Assembly: GCA_032718475.1 (NCBI GenBank)
Contig: JAUCBJ010002880.1
Coordinates: 1 to 64,000, forward strand
Direction: 5' to 3'
DNA: 64,000 nt
From: Nemertoderma westbladi
Taxonomy: Eukaryota > Animalia > Xenacoelomorpha
The notes below the pieces were generated by a model that saw nothing but the letters and a program-made list of their open reading frames with translations, did not search any database and had not been told where the DNA came from. The position numbers and the translations under genes are program-made. Positions 52,701 to 64,000 of the stretch are shown one piece after another (positions within the stretch are counted from its first letter, which is position 1; every line of letters starts with the position of its first letter).

Positions 52701-55700
52701 CCTTGCTTCTACCGCCTAGGTCCAGTTACTTTCTGGGTTTTTTTTGCATACATGAATCCTCGCTTCTACCGCCTAGGTCCAGTTACCTTCTGTGTTTTTT
52801 TTGCATACTTGAATCCTCGCTTCTACCGCCTAGGTCCAGTTACCTTCTGTTTTTTTTTGCATACTTGAATCCTCGCTTCTACCGCCTAGGTCCAGTTACC
52901 TTCTGTTTTTTTTTGCATACTTGAATCCTCGCTTCTACCGCCTAGGTCCAGTTACTTTCTGTGTTTTTTTTTGCATACTTGAATCCTCGCTTCTACCGCC
53001 TAGGTCCAGTTACCTTCTGTGTTTTTTTTGCATACTTGAATCCTCGCTTCTACCGCCTAGGTCCAGTTACTTTCTGGTTTTTTTTTGCATACATGAATCC
53101 TCGCTTCTACTGCCTAGTTTCAGTTACCTTCTGTGTTTTTTTTGCATACTTGAATCCTTGCTTCTACCGCCTAGGTCCAGTTACTTTCTGTGTTTTTTTT
53201 TGCATACATGAATCCTCGCTTCTACCGCCTAGGTCCAGTTACCTTCTGTTTTTTTTTGCATACATGAATCCTCGCTTCTACCGCCTAGGTCCAGTTACTT
53301 TCTGTGTTTTTTTTTGCATACATGAATCCTCGCTTCTACCGCCTAGGTCCAGTTACCTTCTGTTTTTTTTTGCATACTTGAATCCTCGCTTCTACCGCCT
53401 AGGTCCAGTTACTTTCTGGGTTTTTTTTTGCATACTTGAATCCTCGCTTCTACCGCCTAGGTCCAGTTACTTTCTGTGTTTTTTTTTGCATACATGAATC
53501 CTCGCTTCTACCGCCTAGGTCCAGTTACCTTCTGTTTTTTTTTTGCATACTTGAATCCTCGCTCCTACCGCCTAGGTCCAGTTACTTTCTGTGTTTTTTT
53601 TTGCATACATGAATCCTCGCTTCTACCGCCTAGGTCCAGTTACTTTCTGGTTTTTTTTTTGCATACTTGAATCCTCGCTTGTACCGCCTAGGTCCAGTTA
53701 CTTTCTGGGTTTTTTTTTGCATACTTGAATCCTCGCTTCTACCGCCTAGGTCCAGTTACTTTCTGTGTTTTTTTTTGCATACATGAATCCTCGCTTCTAC
53801 CGCCTAGGTCCAGTTACCTTCTGTTTTTTTTTTTGCATACTTGAATCCTCGCTTCTACCGCCTAGGTCCAGTTACTTTCTGGGTTTTTTTTTGCATACTT
53901 GAATCCTCGCTTCTACCGCCTAGGTCCAGTTACTTTCTGGTTTTTTTTTTGCATACATGAATCCTCGCTTCTACCGCCTAGGTCCAGTTACCTTCTGGGT
54001 TTTTTTTTGCATACTTGAATCCTCGCTTCTACCGCCTAGGTCCAGTTACTTTCTGGTTTTTTTTTTGCATACATGAATCCTCGCTTCTACCGCCTAGGTC
54101 CAGTTACCTTCTGGGTTTTTTTTTGCATACATGAATCCTTGCTTCTACCGCCTAGGTCCAGTTACTTTCTGTGTTTTTTTTTGCATACTTGAATCCTCGC
54201 TTCTACCGCCTAGGTCCAGTTACTTTCTGGTTTTTTTTTTGCATACATGAATCCTCGCTTCTACCGCCTAGGTCCAGTTACCTTCTGGGTTTTTTTTTGC
54301 ATACATGAATCCTTGCTTCTACCGCCTAGGTCCAGTTACTTTCTGTGTTTTTTTTGTATACTTGAATCCGCCGCTTCTACCGCCTAGGTCCAGTTACCTT
54401 CTGTGTTTTTTTTGCATACATGAATCCTTGCTTCTACCGCCTAGGTCCAGTTACTTTCTGTGTTTTTTTTGTATACTTGAATCCGCCGCTTCTACCGCCT
54501 AGGTCCAGTTACCTTCTGTGTTTTTTTTGTATACTTGAATCCGCCGCTTCTACCGCCTAGGTCCAGTTACCTTCTGTGTTTTTTTTGCATACTTGAATCC
54601 TCGCTTCTACCGCCTAGGTCCAGTTACCTTCTGGGTTTTTTTTTGCATACATGAATCCTCGCTTCTACCGCCTAGGTCCAGTTACTTTCTGGTTTTTTTT
54701 TTGCATACATGAATCCTCGCTTCTACCGCCTAGGTCCAGTTACTTTCTGGGTTTTTTTTTGCATACATGAATCCTCGCTTCTACCGCCTAGGTCCAGTTA
54801 CTTTCAGGGTTTTTTTTTGCATACATGAATCCTCGCTTCTACCGCCTAGGTCCAGTTACTTTCTGGTTTTTTTTTGCATACTTGAATCCTCGCTTCTACC
54901 GCCTAGGTCCAGTTACTTTCAGGGTTTTTTTTTGCATACATGAATCCTCGCTTCTACCGCCTAGGTCCAGTTACTTTCAGGGTTTTTTTTGCATACATGA
55001 ATCCTCGCTTCTACCGCCTAGGTCCAGTTACTTTCTGTGTTTTTTTTGCATACATGAATCCTCGCTTCTACCGCCTAGGGCCAGTTACCTTCTGGGTTTT
55101 TTTTTGCATACATGAATCCTTGCTTCTACCGCCTAGGTCCAGTTACTTTCTGGGTTTTTTTTTTGCATACATGAATCCTCGCTTCTACCGCCTAGGTCCA
55201 GTTACCTTCTGTGTTTTTTTGCATACTTGAATCCGCCGCTTCTACCGCCTAGGTCCAGTTACTTTCTGGGTTTTTTTTGCATACTTGAATCCTCGCTTCT
55301 ACCGCCTAGGTCCAGTTACTTTCAGGGTTTTTTTTTGCATACATGAATCCTCGCTTCTACCGCCTAGGTCCAGTTACCTTCTGTGTTTTTTTGCATACTT
55401 GAATCCGCCGCTTCTACCGCCTAGGTCCAGTTACTTTCTGGGTTTTTTTTGCATACTTGAATCCTCGCTTCTACCGCCTAGGTCCAGTTACTTTCTGGGT
55501 TTTTTTTTGCATACATGAATCCTCGCTTCAACCGCCTAGGTCTAGTTACTTTCTGGGTTTTTTTTTTGCATACATGAATCCTCGCTTCTACCGCCTAGGT
55601 CCAGTTACTTTCTGGGTATTTTTTTGCATACTTGAATCCGCCGCTTCTACCGCCTAGGTCCAGTTACTTTCTGGGTTTTTTTTTGCATACTTGAATCCGC

Positions 55701-56239
55701 CGCTTCTACCGCCTAGGTCCAGTTACCTTCTGTGTTTTTTTTGCATACTTGAATCCTCGCTTCTACCGCCTAGGTCCAGTTACCTTCTGTGTTTTTTTGC
55801 ATACTTGAATCCTCGCTTCTACCGCCTAGGTCCAGTTACCTTCTGTGTTTTTTTGCATACTTGAATCCGCCGCTTCTACCGCCTAGGTCCAGTTACTTTC
55901 TGGGTTTTTTTTTGCATACTTGAATCCGCCGCTTCTACCGCCTAGGTCCAGTTACTTTCTGGGTTTTTTTTTGCATACTTGAATCCTCGCTTCTACCGCC
56001 TAGGTCCAGTTACTTTCTGGGTTTTTTTTTTGCATACTTGAATCCGCCGCTTCTACCGCCTAGGTCCAGTTACTTTCTGGGTTTTTTTTGCATACTTGAA
56101 TCCGCCGCTTCTACCGCCTAGGTCCAGTTACTTTCTGGGTTTTTTTTTGCATACTTGAATCCGCCGCTTCTACCGCCTAGGTCCAGTTACTTTCTGGGTT
56201 TTTTTTTGCATACTTGACTTGAATCCGCCGCTTCTACCG
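49761..56239. repeat. Intronic satellite, ~58-bp unit CCGCCTAGGTCCAGTTACTTTCTGGG(T)8-10GCATACWTGAATCCTCGCTTCTA (~110 copies)
   Basis: Seen directly. The variable T-tract explains the spurious repetitive ORFs. Confidence 0.98.
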
Positions 56240-56390
56240 GGGAATATTTTTTTACTCAACTTATTGCTATAAATAATATAATTATCAATTAATACAAAAC
56301 AATAAACGGATTATGTATAGTTTATAAGATATAAATAATAATATGCGCTATAAAACACTCAATAAGGAGTTGACAATGTTATTTAGGCAC

Positions 56391-56485
56391 TTATTATTTA
56401 TCATTATTTATTATTTTTTATTATTATTATTTATTATTATTTATCATTATTTATTATTATTTATTATTATTATTTATTATTATTC
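56391..56485. repeat. (TTA/TTAT)n microsatellite
   Basis: Seen directly. Confidence 0.85.
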
Positions 56486-56933
56486 TTCACATAGTTAATA
56501 TTATTGTTCACTTTTTATTTAGGCAGCTTTAATTTATATTAGAAGTTATAATTATTACAAAAAAAAATTATCATTTTATACATATAAAATTGAAATAAAA
56601 TGTCGACTGAAAAGTGAAAACCTAGTATATTCTTCACATGAGGCACATATTTTTTTTAAAAGGGTTCGGCTACTCATGTGCATTACCTGGAATAGTCATA
56701 TTGATAGAAATGGCAGGGATTTCATTACAATATATTATAATTAAACGACTGTTATATTTTGATACCTGATATTCTAATATCGGTATTGTTGCTTTCCCAG
56801 GATGGAGTTAGGCACATTTCAAGTCGGGGAACTTTTTCAAAAAGGTTTAGAAAATTAAAATATAGCTTTTTAGAAGTTAACAAATAGAATTCGTACATTT
56901 AAAAGTTAACAAACAGTTTTCTCATGTTTTTAG

Positions 56934-57062
56934 GCAGAAATTGATATTCTTGAGATATTTGGTGCCGAAGGTGACGTAACTAACGACAGTGACGTCACAA
57001 AACCAATAAAAGCTTCTAGGGTTAAACAACACGTGGCTCGACCAGCTAAAGCTACAAAAACT
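56934..57062 (+). CDS. DIDO1: DIDO1/PHF3-like exon 6 (AEIDILEIFGAEGDVTNDSDVTKPIKASRVKQHVARPAKATKT)
   Basis: Acceptor ttttctcatgtttttag|, donor ACT|gtaagt, 129 nt open, phase 0-0. Confidence 0.7.
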
Positions 57063-58353
57063 GTAAGTTTGCCTATTTTGTGAAGAATTTAAATGCATAA
57101 TGATTCCAGCATTAGATCCCATTACCCCCCGACATGAGAAACTCGTCTCCCTCCCCGTAGACCCAATGGTGAAGTAAGGATCCAGCGACTGAACACATTG
57201 ACGGCCCATTGCCTGTCTATCAACAGGTCGAGGTCCGTTAACAAACTGTTCAGTTGTACATTTATTATTCTCATTAACAATATCAGTAGGACTACAAGCC
57301 AATGTAACTCAGTATTTTTGTAAAGTCAACTGTCTTGTTGGTTTTCATCAGCTCTACTGCCGTGGAAAGGTAAAAATATAAACATTTTTTATTTAATTTA
57401 TTTAACATTCCAATGTAATTGTATGCGTTCTTTCATGTGAGCTATATCAGAAAATCCGATTCCAATCGCAAAGTGGTGTTTCTGATTTGTAAAAACAGCC
57501 TATATTTAAAAGGTTTCCAGGTTAATTAAGTTTGGTTGTGTAAAGTATAAGAAACTTAAGTAATTAATTCTTGTTATATTGTGTTACGTATTTATGATAC
57601 TAGCATGTGAATTGTGGCAGAGTTTTCAAAACCCTATTGGACGAATATTGTTTAGATGGTGTTTGAATATATGGTATATTATCTATTGTGAATTGTGCCC
57701 TTATCGTCTTAGCGAAATATTGGCAATAAATGATTATTATTATTATTAGGGCACCCGCCACCCACTGACACTTAAATGGAGTCTATAAAGTTTAATCAAA
57801 TCTAATATTGTAAAATAGTAAAAGTTTTTTAAGCTAGTTACGGGTCGGGTAGTAAATATTTTTCTTGATTAATTAATTAACTTCAGTAAGGTTTTTTAAT
57901 TTATTAAATAGTTTTGTTTTTTAATTGATTAGGGAGCACGTTATCTTTTAATTACAGTGGAAAGATTGGGTGCAATCTTCGACCGCGTCCAACCTTCGCC
58001 CGATTCGGGGAAAGGAGCATGTTACAGACACGATAGGTTACAGAGACGAAATTTTTTAACCAAAATAATAAACGAGGTTGTTAACACTCATTTTGAGGGC
58101 GAAGATTGCTCGCGGGCGAAGCTTTCCCGCGCGCGAAGTTTGCTGCATCCCAGTGGTGTGGAACATAACATAATCATATTAATCCGTGGCTCACTTCATC
58201 ATTGGGTCTATGGGCTATGTGAAAGTAAACCCAGCTTATGGATAAATTTATTCCCATAGACACAATGACGTGTCTCAACCACTCATTACAGACTGACCCA
58301 AATGTAACGCAAGGATTACGACGACCCTAACAACAACTCTTCTATCTCTCTAG

Positions 58354-58524
58354 GCTGCTGCGAAGTCTCGGTCAAAAGGTAGTTCGCATTCACATAAAAG
58401 TGCTGATGTTTGCATCAATGAAGGCTGCAAAAATGCTGTGCTGAAAGACACAGTTTACTGCAGTAAGGAATGTTTGCACATACAGACGTCGCGATCGCTT
58501 GAGATGTTAACTGCCAAACAAGAG
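58354..58524 (+). CDS. DIDO1: DIDO1-like exon 7 with the Cys cluster CINEGCKNAVLKDTVYCSKECL
   Basis: Acceptor ctcttctatctctctag|, donor GAG|gttagt, 171 nt. Resembles the DIDO1 CIGPGC....PDSVYCSNDCI motif downstream of the PHD. Confidence 0.85.
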
Positions 58525-59127
58525 GTTAGTTACTTTATTTGCCGGGCTAAATATTGTTGGGTAAGTTAAAGATACTTTGTTTTATACTTTTTGCGTCACG
58601 TTGCAGAATTTATCAATTTCTGCAAGATTATTTCTTATTATATTGAGTTAATTTTATCAATTAGATATTAAGGGTTATTTTTTTCGATAAGTAAAAAATA
58701 CCTTATTAACAACAACAACTGTAAGCTGAGGGTAAAAGAGGACGGAGCAGGTTACAATTTATTGGGGTTGTTTTTTATCAATTTTAGGGTCTTGTGGTAT
58801 TTTTTGGGTTGTTTTTTGGTAGTTAAAGCAAAGTGAATGGGGAACTCATCTGAATATTACCTACCTAGTCCCCCTTTGGCCTCCTCCCCATGGGTAACTC
58901 ATCTGAATATTACCTATACCTAGTCCCCCTTTGGCCTCCTCCTCCTCCTTGTGGTTAAGTTGATCCTCACCAAAATCCCACAAAATGATAAATTTGTTAT
59001 TTTAAACCCAAAATGGAATTAAATCCACATACATTTTTGTTGCAGCAGCTCAGATTAATGTAATTATTACTTGAATGACTCTTTATATTGCTAACTAATT
59101 TTTTAATTAACTTTCAATATAATTTCA

Positions 59128-62100
59128 CAACCTACAAACTATCGCCTCTATAACATACGAACTATACTCCCTCTATAACCTACTAACTATCACCCCTTTA
59201 TAACATACGAACTATCGATCCTCTATAACCTACGAACTATCGCTCCTCTATAACCTACGAACTATCGCCCCTCTATTACCTACGAACTATCGCTCCTCTA
59301 TAACCTACGAACTGTCGCCCTTTGCTATAACCTACTAACTATCGCCTCTCTATAACCTACTAACTATCACCCCTTTATAACATACGAACTATCGATCCTC
59401 TATAACCCACGAACTGTCGCCCCTCTATAACCTACGAACTATCGCCCCTCTATAACCTACGAACTATCGCCCCTCTATAACCCACGAACTGTCGCCCTTC
59501 TATAACCTACGAACTATCGCCCCTCTATAACCTTCGAACTATCGCCCTTAGCTATAACCCACGAACTGTCGCCCCTCTATAACCTACGAACTGTCGCCCA
59601 TCTATAACCCACGAACTATCGCCCTTAGCTATAACATACGAACTATCGCCCCTCTATAACCTTCGAACTATCGCCCTTAGCTATAACCCACGAACTGTCG
59701 CCCCTCTATAACCTACGAACTGTCGCCCCTCTATTACCTACGAACTATCGCTCCTCTATAACCTACGAACTGTCGCCCTTTGCTATAACCTACTAACTAT
59801 CGCCTCTCTATAACCTACTAACTATCACCCCTTTATAACATACGAACTATCGATCCTCTATAACCTACGAACTATCGCTCCTCTATAACCTACGAACTAT
59901 CGCCCCTCTATTACCTACGAACTATCGCTCCTCTATAACCTACGAACTGTCGCCCTTTGCTATAACCTACTAACTATCGCCTCTCTATAACCTACTAACT
60001 ATCACCCCTTTATAACATACGAACTATCGATCCTCTATAACCCACGAACTGTCGCCCATCTATAACCCACTAACTATCGCCTCTCTATAACCTACGAACT
60101 ATCGCCCCTCTATTACCTACGAACTATCGCCCCTCTATAACATACGAACTAACGTCCCTCTATAACCTACTAACTATCACCCCTTTATAACATACGAACT
60201 ATCGCTCCTCTATAACCTACGAACTATCGCCCTTTGCTATAACCTACTAACTATCACCCCTCTATAACATACGAACTATCGCCCCTCTATAACCTTCGAA
60301 CTATCGCCCTTAGCTATAACCCACGAACTGTCGTCCCTCTATAACCTACGAACTATCGCCCGTCTATAACCCACGAACTGTCGCCCCCCTATAACCCACG
60401 AACTGTCGCCCCTCTATAACCTACGAACTATCGCCCTTAGCTATAACCCACGAACTGTCGCCCCTCTATAACCTACGAACTATCGCCCTTAACTATAACC
60501 CACGAACTGTCGCCCCTCTATAACCTACGAACTATCGCCCGTCTATAACCCACGAACTGTCGCCCCTCTATAACCCACGAACTGTCGCCCCTCTATAACC
60601 CACGAACTGTCGCCCCTCTATAACCTACGAACTATCGCCCTTAGCTATAACCCACGAACTGTCGCCCCTCTATAACCTACGAATTATCGCCCATCTATAA
60701 CCCACGAACTATCGCCCTTAGCTATAACCTACGAACTATCGCCCTTAGCTATAACCTACGAACTATCGCCCTTAGCTATAACCTACGAACTATCGCCCGT
60801 CTATAACCCACGAACTGTCGCCCCTCTATAACCCACGAACTGTCGCCCCTCTATAACCCACGAACTGTCGCCCCTCTATAACCTACGAACTATCGCCCTT
60901 AGCTATAACCCACGAACTGTCGCCCCTCTATAACCTACGAACTATCGCCCATCTATAACCCACTAACTGTCGCCCCTCTATAACCCACGAACTATCGCCC
61001 TTAGCTATAACCCACGAACTGTCGCCCCTCTATAACCTACGAACTGTCGCCCCTCTATAACCCACGAACTATCGCCCTTAGCTATAACCCACGAACTGTG
61101 GCCCCTCTATAACCTACGAACTATCGCCCTTAGCTATAACCCACGAACTGTCGCCCCTCTATAACCTACGAACTATCGCCCTTAGCTATAACCCACGAAC
61201 TGTCGCCCATCTATAACCTACGAACTATCGCCCATCTATAACCCACTAACTGTCGCCCCTCTATAACCCACGAACTATCGCCCTTAGCTATAACCCACGA
61301 ACTGTCGCCCATCTATAAGCCACGAACTATCGCCCATCTATAACCCACTAACTGTCGCCCCTCTATAACCCACGAACTATCGCCCCTCTATAACCCACGA
61401 ACTATCGCCCCTCTATAACCCACGAACTGTCGCCCCTCTAACACCTTCGAACTATCGCCCATCTATAACCCACTAACTGACGCCCCTCTATAACCCACGA
61501 ACTATCGCCGTATGCTATAACCCACGAACTGTCGCCCCTCTATAACCTACGAACTGTCGCCCATCTATAACCCACGAACTATCGCCCTTAGCTATAACCC
61601 ACGAACTGTCGCCCCTCTATAACCTACGAACTGTCGCCCATCTATAACCCACGAACTATCGCCCTTAGCTATAACATACGAACTATCGCCCCTCTATAAC
61701 CTTCGAACTATCGCCCTTAGCTATAACCCACGAACTGTCGCCCCTCTATAACCTACGAACTGTCGCCCATCTATAACCCACGAACTATCGCCCTTAGCTA
61801 TAACATACGAACTATCGCCCCTCTATAACCTTCGAACTATCGCCCTTAGCTATAACCCACGAACTGTCGCCCCTCTATAACCTACGAACTGTCGCCCATC
61901 TATAACCCACGAACTATCGCCCTTAGCTATAACCCACGAACTGTCGCCCCTCTATAACCTACGAACTGTCGCCCATCTATAACCCACGAACTATCGCCCT
62001 TAGCTATAACATACGAACTATCGCCCCTCTATAACCTTCGAACTATCGCCCTTAGCTATAACCCACGAACTGTCGCCCCTCTATAACCTACGAACTATCG

Positions 62101-64000
62101 CCCCTCTATAACCTACGAACTATCGCCCCTCTATAACCCACGAACTGTCGCCCTTCTATAACCTACGAACTATCGCCCCTCTATAACCTTCGAACTATCG
62201 CCCTTAGCTATAACCCACGAACTGTCGCCCCTCTATAACCTACGAACTGTCGCCCATCTATAACCCACGAACTATCGCCCTTAGCTATAACATACGAACT
62301 ATCGCCCCTCTATAACCTTCGAACTATCGCCCTTAGCTATAACCCACGAACTGTCGCCCCTCTATAACCTACGAACTGTCGCCCCTCTATAACCTACGAA
62401 CTATCGCCCATCTATAACCCACGAACTGTCGCCCTTCTATAACATACGAACTATCGCCCCTCTATAACCTTCGAACTATCGCCCTTAGCTATAACCCACG
62501 AACTGTCGCCCCTCTATAACCTACGAACTGTCGCCCATCTATAACCCACGAACTGTCGCCCCTCTATAACCTACGAACTATCGCCCCTCTATAACCTTCG
62601 AACTATCGCCCTTAGCTATAACCCACGAACTGTCGCCCCTCTATAACCTACGAACTGTCGCCCATCTATAACCCACGAACTATCGCCCTTAGCTATAACA
62701 TACGAACTATCGCCCCTCTATAACCTTCGAACTATCGCCCTTAGCTATAACCCACGAACTGTCGCCCCTCTATAACCTACGAACTATCGCCCATCTATAA
62801 CCTACGAACTATCGCTCTTAGCTATAACCCACGAACTGTCGCCCCTCTATAACCTACGAACTGTCGCCCATCTATAACCCACGAAATGTCGCCCCTCTAT
62901 AACCCACGAACTGTCGCCCATCTATAACCCACGAACTGTCGCCCATCTATAACCCACGAACTATCGCCCTTAGCTATAACCCACGAACTGTCGCCCCTCT
63001 ATAACCTACGAATTATCGCCCATCTATAACCCACGAACTATCGCCCTTAGCTATAACCTACGAACTATCGCCCGTCTATAACCCACGAACTGTCGCCCCT
63101 CTATAACCTACGAACTATCGCCCTTAGCTATAACCCACGAACTGTCGCCCCTCTATAACCTACGAACTATCGCCCTTAACTATAACCCACGAACTGTCGC
63201 CCCTCTATAACCTACGAACTATCGCCCGTCTATAACCCACGAACTGTCGCCCCTCTATAACCCACGAACTGTCGCCCCTCTATAACCCACGAACTGTCGC
63301 CCCTCTATAACCTACGAACTATCGCCCTTAGCTATAACCCACGAACTGTCGCCCCTCTATAACCTACGAATTATCGCCCATCTATAACCCACGAACTATC
63401 GCCCTTAGCTATAACCTACGAACTATCGCCCTTAGCTATAACCTACGAACTATCGCCCTTAGCTATAACCTACGAACTATCGCCCGTCTATAACCCACGA
63501 ACTGTCGCCCCTCTATAACCCACGAACTGTCGCCCCTCTATAACCCACGAACTGTCGCCCCTCTATAACCTACGAACTATCGCCCTTAGCTATAACCCAC
63601 GAACTGTCGCCCCTCTATAACCTACGAACTATCGCCCATCTATAACCCACTAACTGTCGCCCCTCTATAACCCACGAACTATCGCCCTTAGCTATAACCC
63701 ACGAACTGTCGCCCCTCTATAACCTACGAACTGTCGCCCCTCTATAACCCACGAACTATCGCCCTTAGCTATAACCCACGAACTGTGGCCCCTCTATAAC
63801 CTACGAACTATCGCCCTTAGCTATAACCCACGAACTGTCGCCCCTCTATAACCTACGAACTATCGCCCTTAGCTATAACCCACGAACTGTCGCCCATCTA
63901 TAACCTACGAACTATCGCCCATCTATAACCCACTAACTGTCGCCCCTCTATAACCCACGAACTATCGCCCTTAGCTATAACCCACGAACTGTCGCCCATC
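59128..64000. repeat. Intronic satellite, 25-bp unit CTATAACCYACGAACTRTCGCCCCT with a 27-bp variant (CCCTTAG), runs off the window
   Basis: Seen directly. Confidence 0.98.

Larger units (their letters stand above)
49043..56294. mobile_element. Putative non-autonomous TIR element hosting the 58-bp satellite
   Basis: Imperfect ~50-bp inverted termini: 49043-49098 (...AAGTTGAGTAAAAAA) versus 56248-56294 (TTTTTTACTCAACTT...). Confidence 0.55.

Noticed and set aside
49921-55657. Many MNPRFYRLGPVTF ORFs resembling a neuropeptide or repeat precursor
   Set aside because: They are translations of a 57-59-bp satellite with a variable poly-T tract and constant frameshifts.
56801-56844. Extra DIDO1 exon (tttcccag|GATGGA...AAAG|gtttag)
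   Set aside because: It is 44 nt long and would shift the frame between phase-0 exons. It could only be a poison exon, and there is no support for that.
57958-58259. Possible exon or 100-aa ORF
   Set aside because: No good in-frame donor and no recognisable homology. Probably a repeat remnant.

Overview
AT-rich animal (probably invertebrate) genomic DNA, not prokaryotic. About 55-60% of the window is tandem satellite. Two host genes point away from each other. The first is an intronless CDP-alcohol phosphotransferase (CEPT1/CHPT1-like, minus strand, 6557-7690). The second is the 5' part of a DIDO1/PHF3-like PHD-finger gene on the plus strand, which I reassembled by eye from 7 short GT-AG exons between 19986 and 58524; it continues past the window. 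Its introns are inflated by five different satellites, and one intron is ~22.5 kb. The region between the genes and the left flank is a nest of decayed non-LTR retroelements, TIR elements/MITEs and a tRNA-derived SINE. Three observations stand out. (1) A 40-bp satellite was made from the gene's own exon end plus 5' splice site, giving ~46 tandem donor copies, all downstream of a newly created stop codon. (2) TA-(CCGG/GGCC/CAG/CTG)-TA micro-palindromes cluster around the two gene starts. Two independent tandem arrays show them to be TA-duplicating insertions, which fits Tc1/mariner-like excision footprints. (3) Three intronic satellites share a TAA(A)CC..GAACT core and an AG-poor sense strand. 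Coordinates were read manually and repeat boundaries are approximate.
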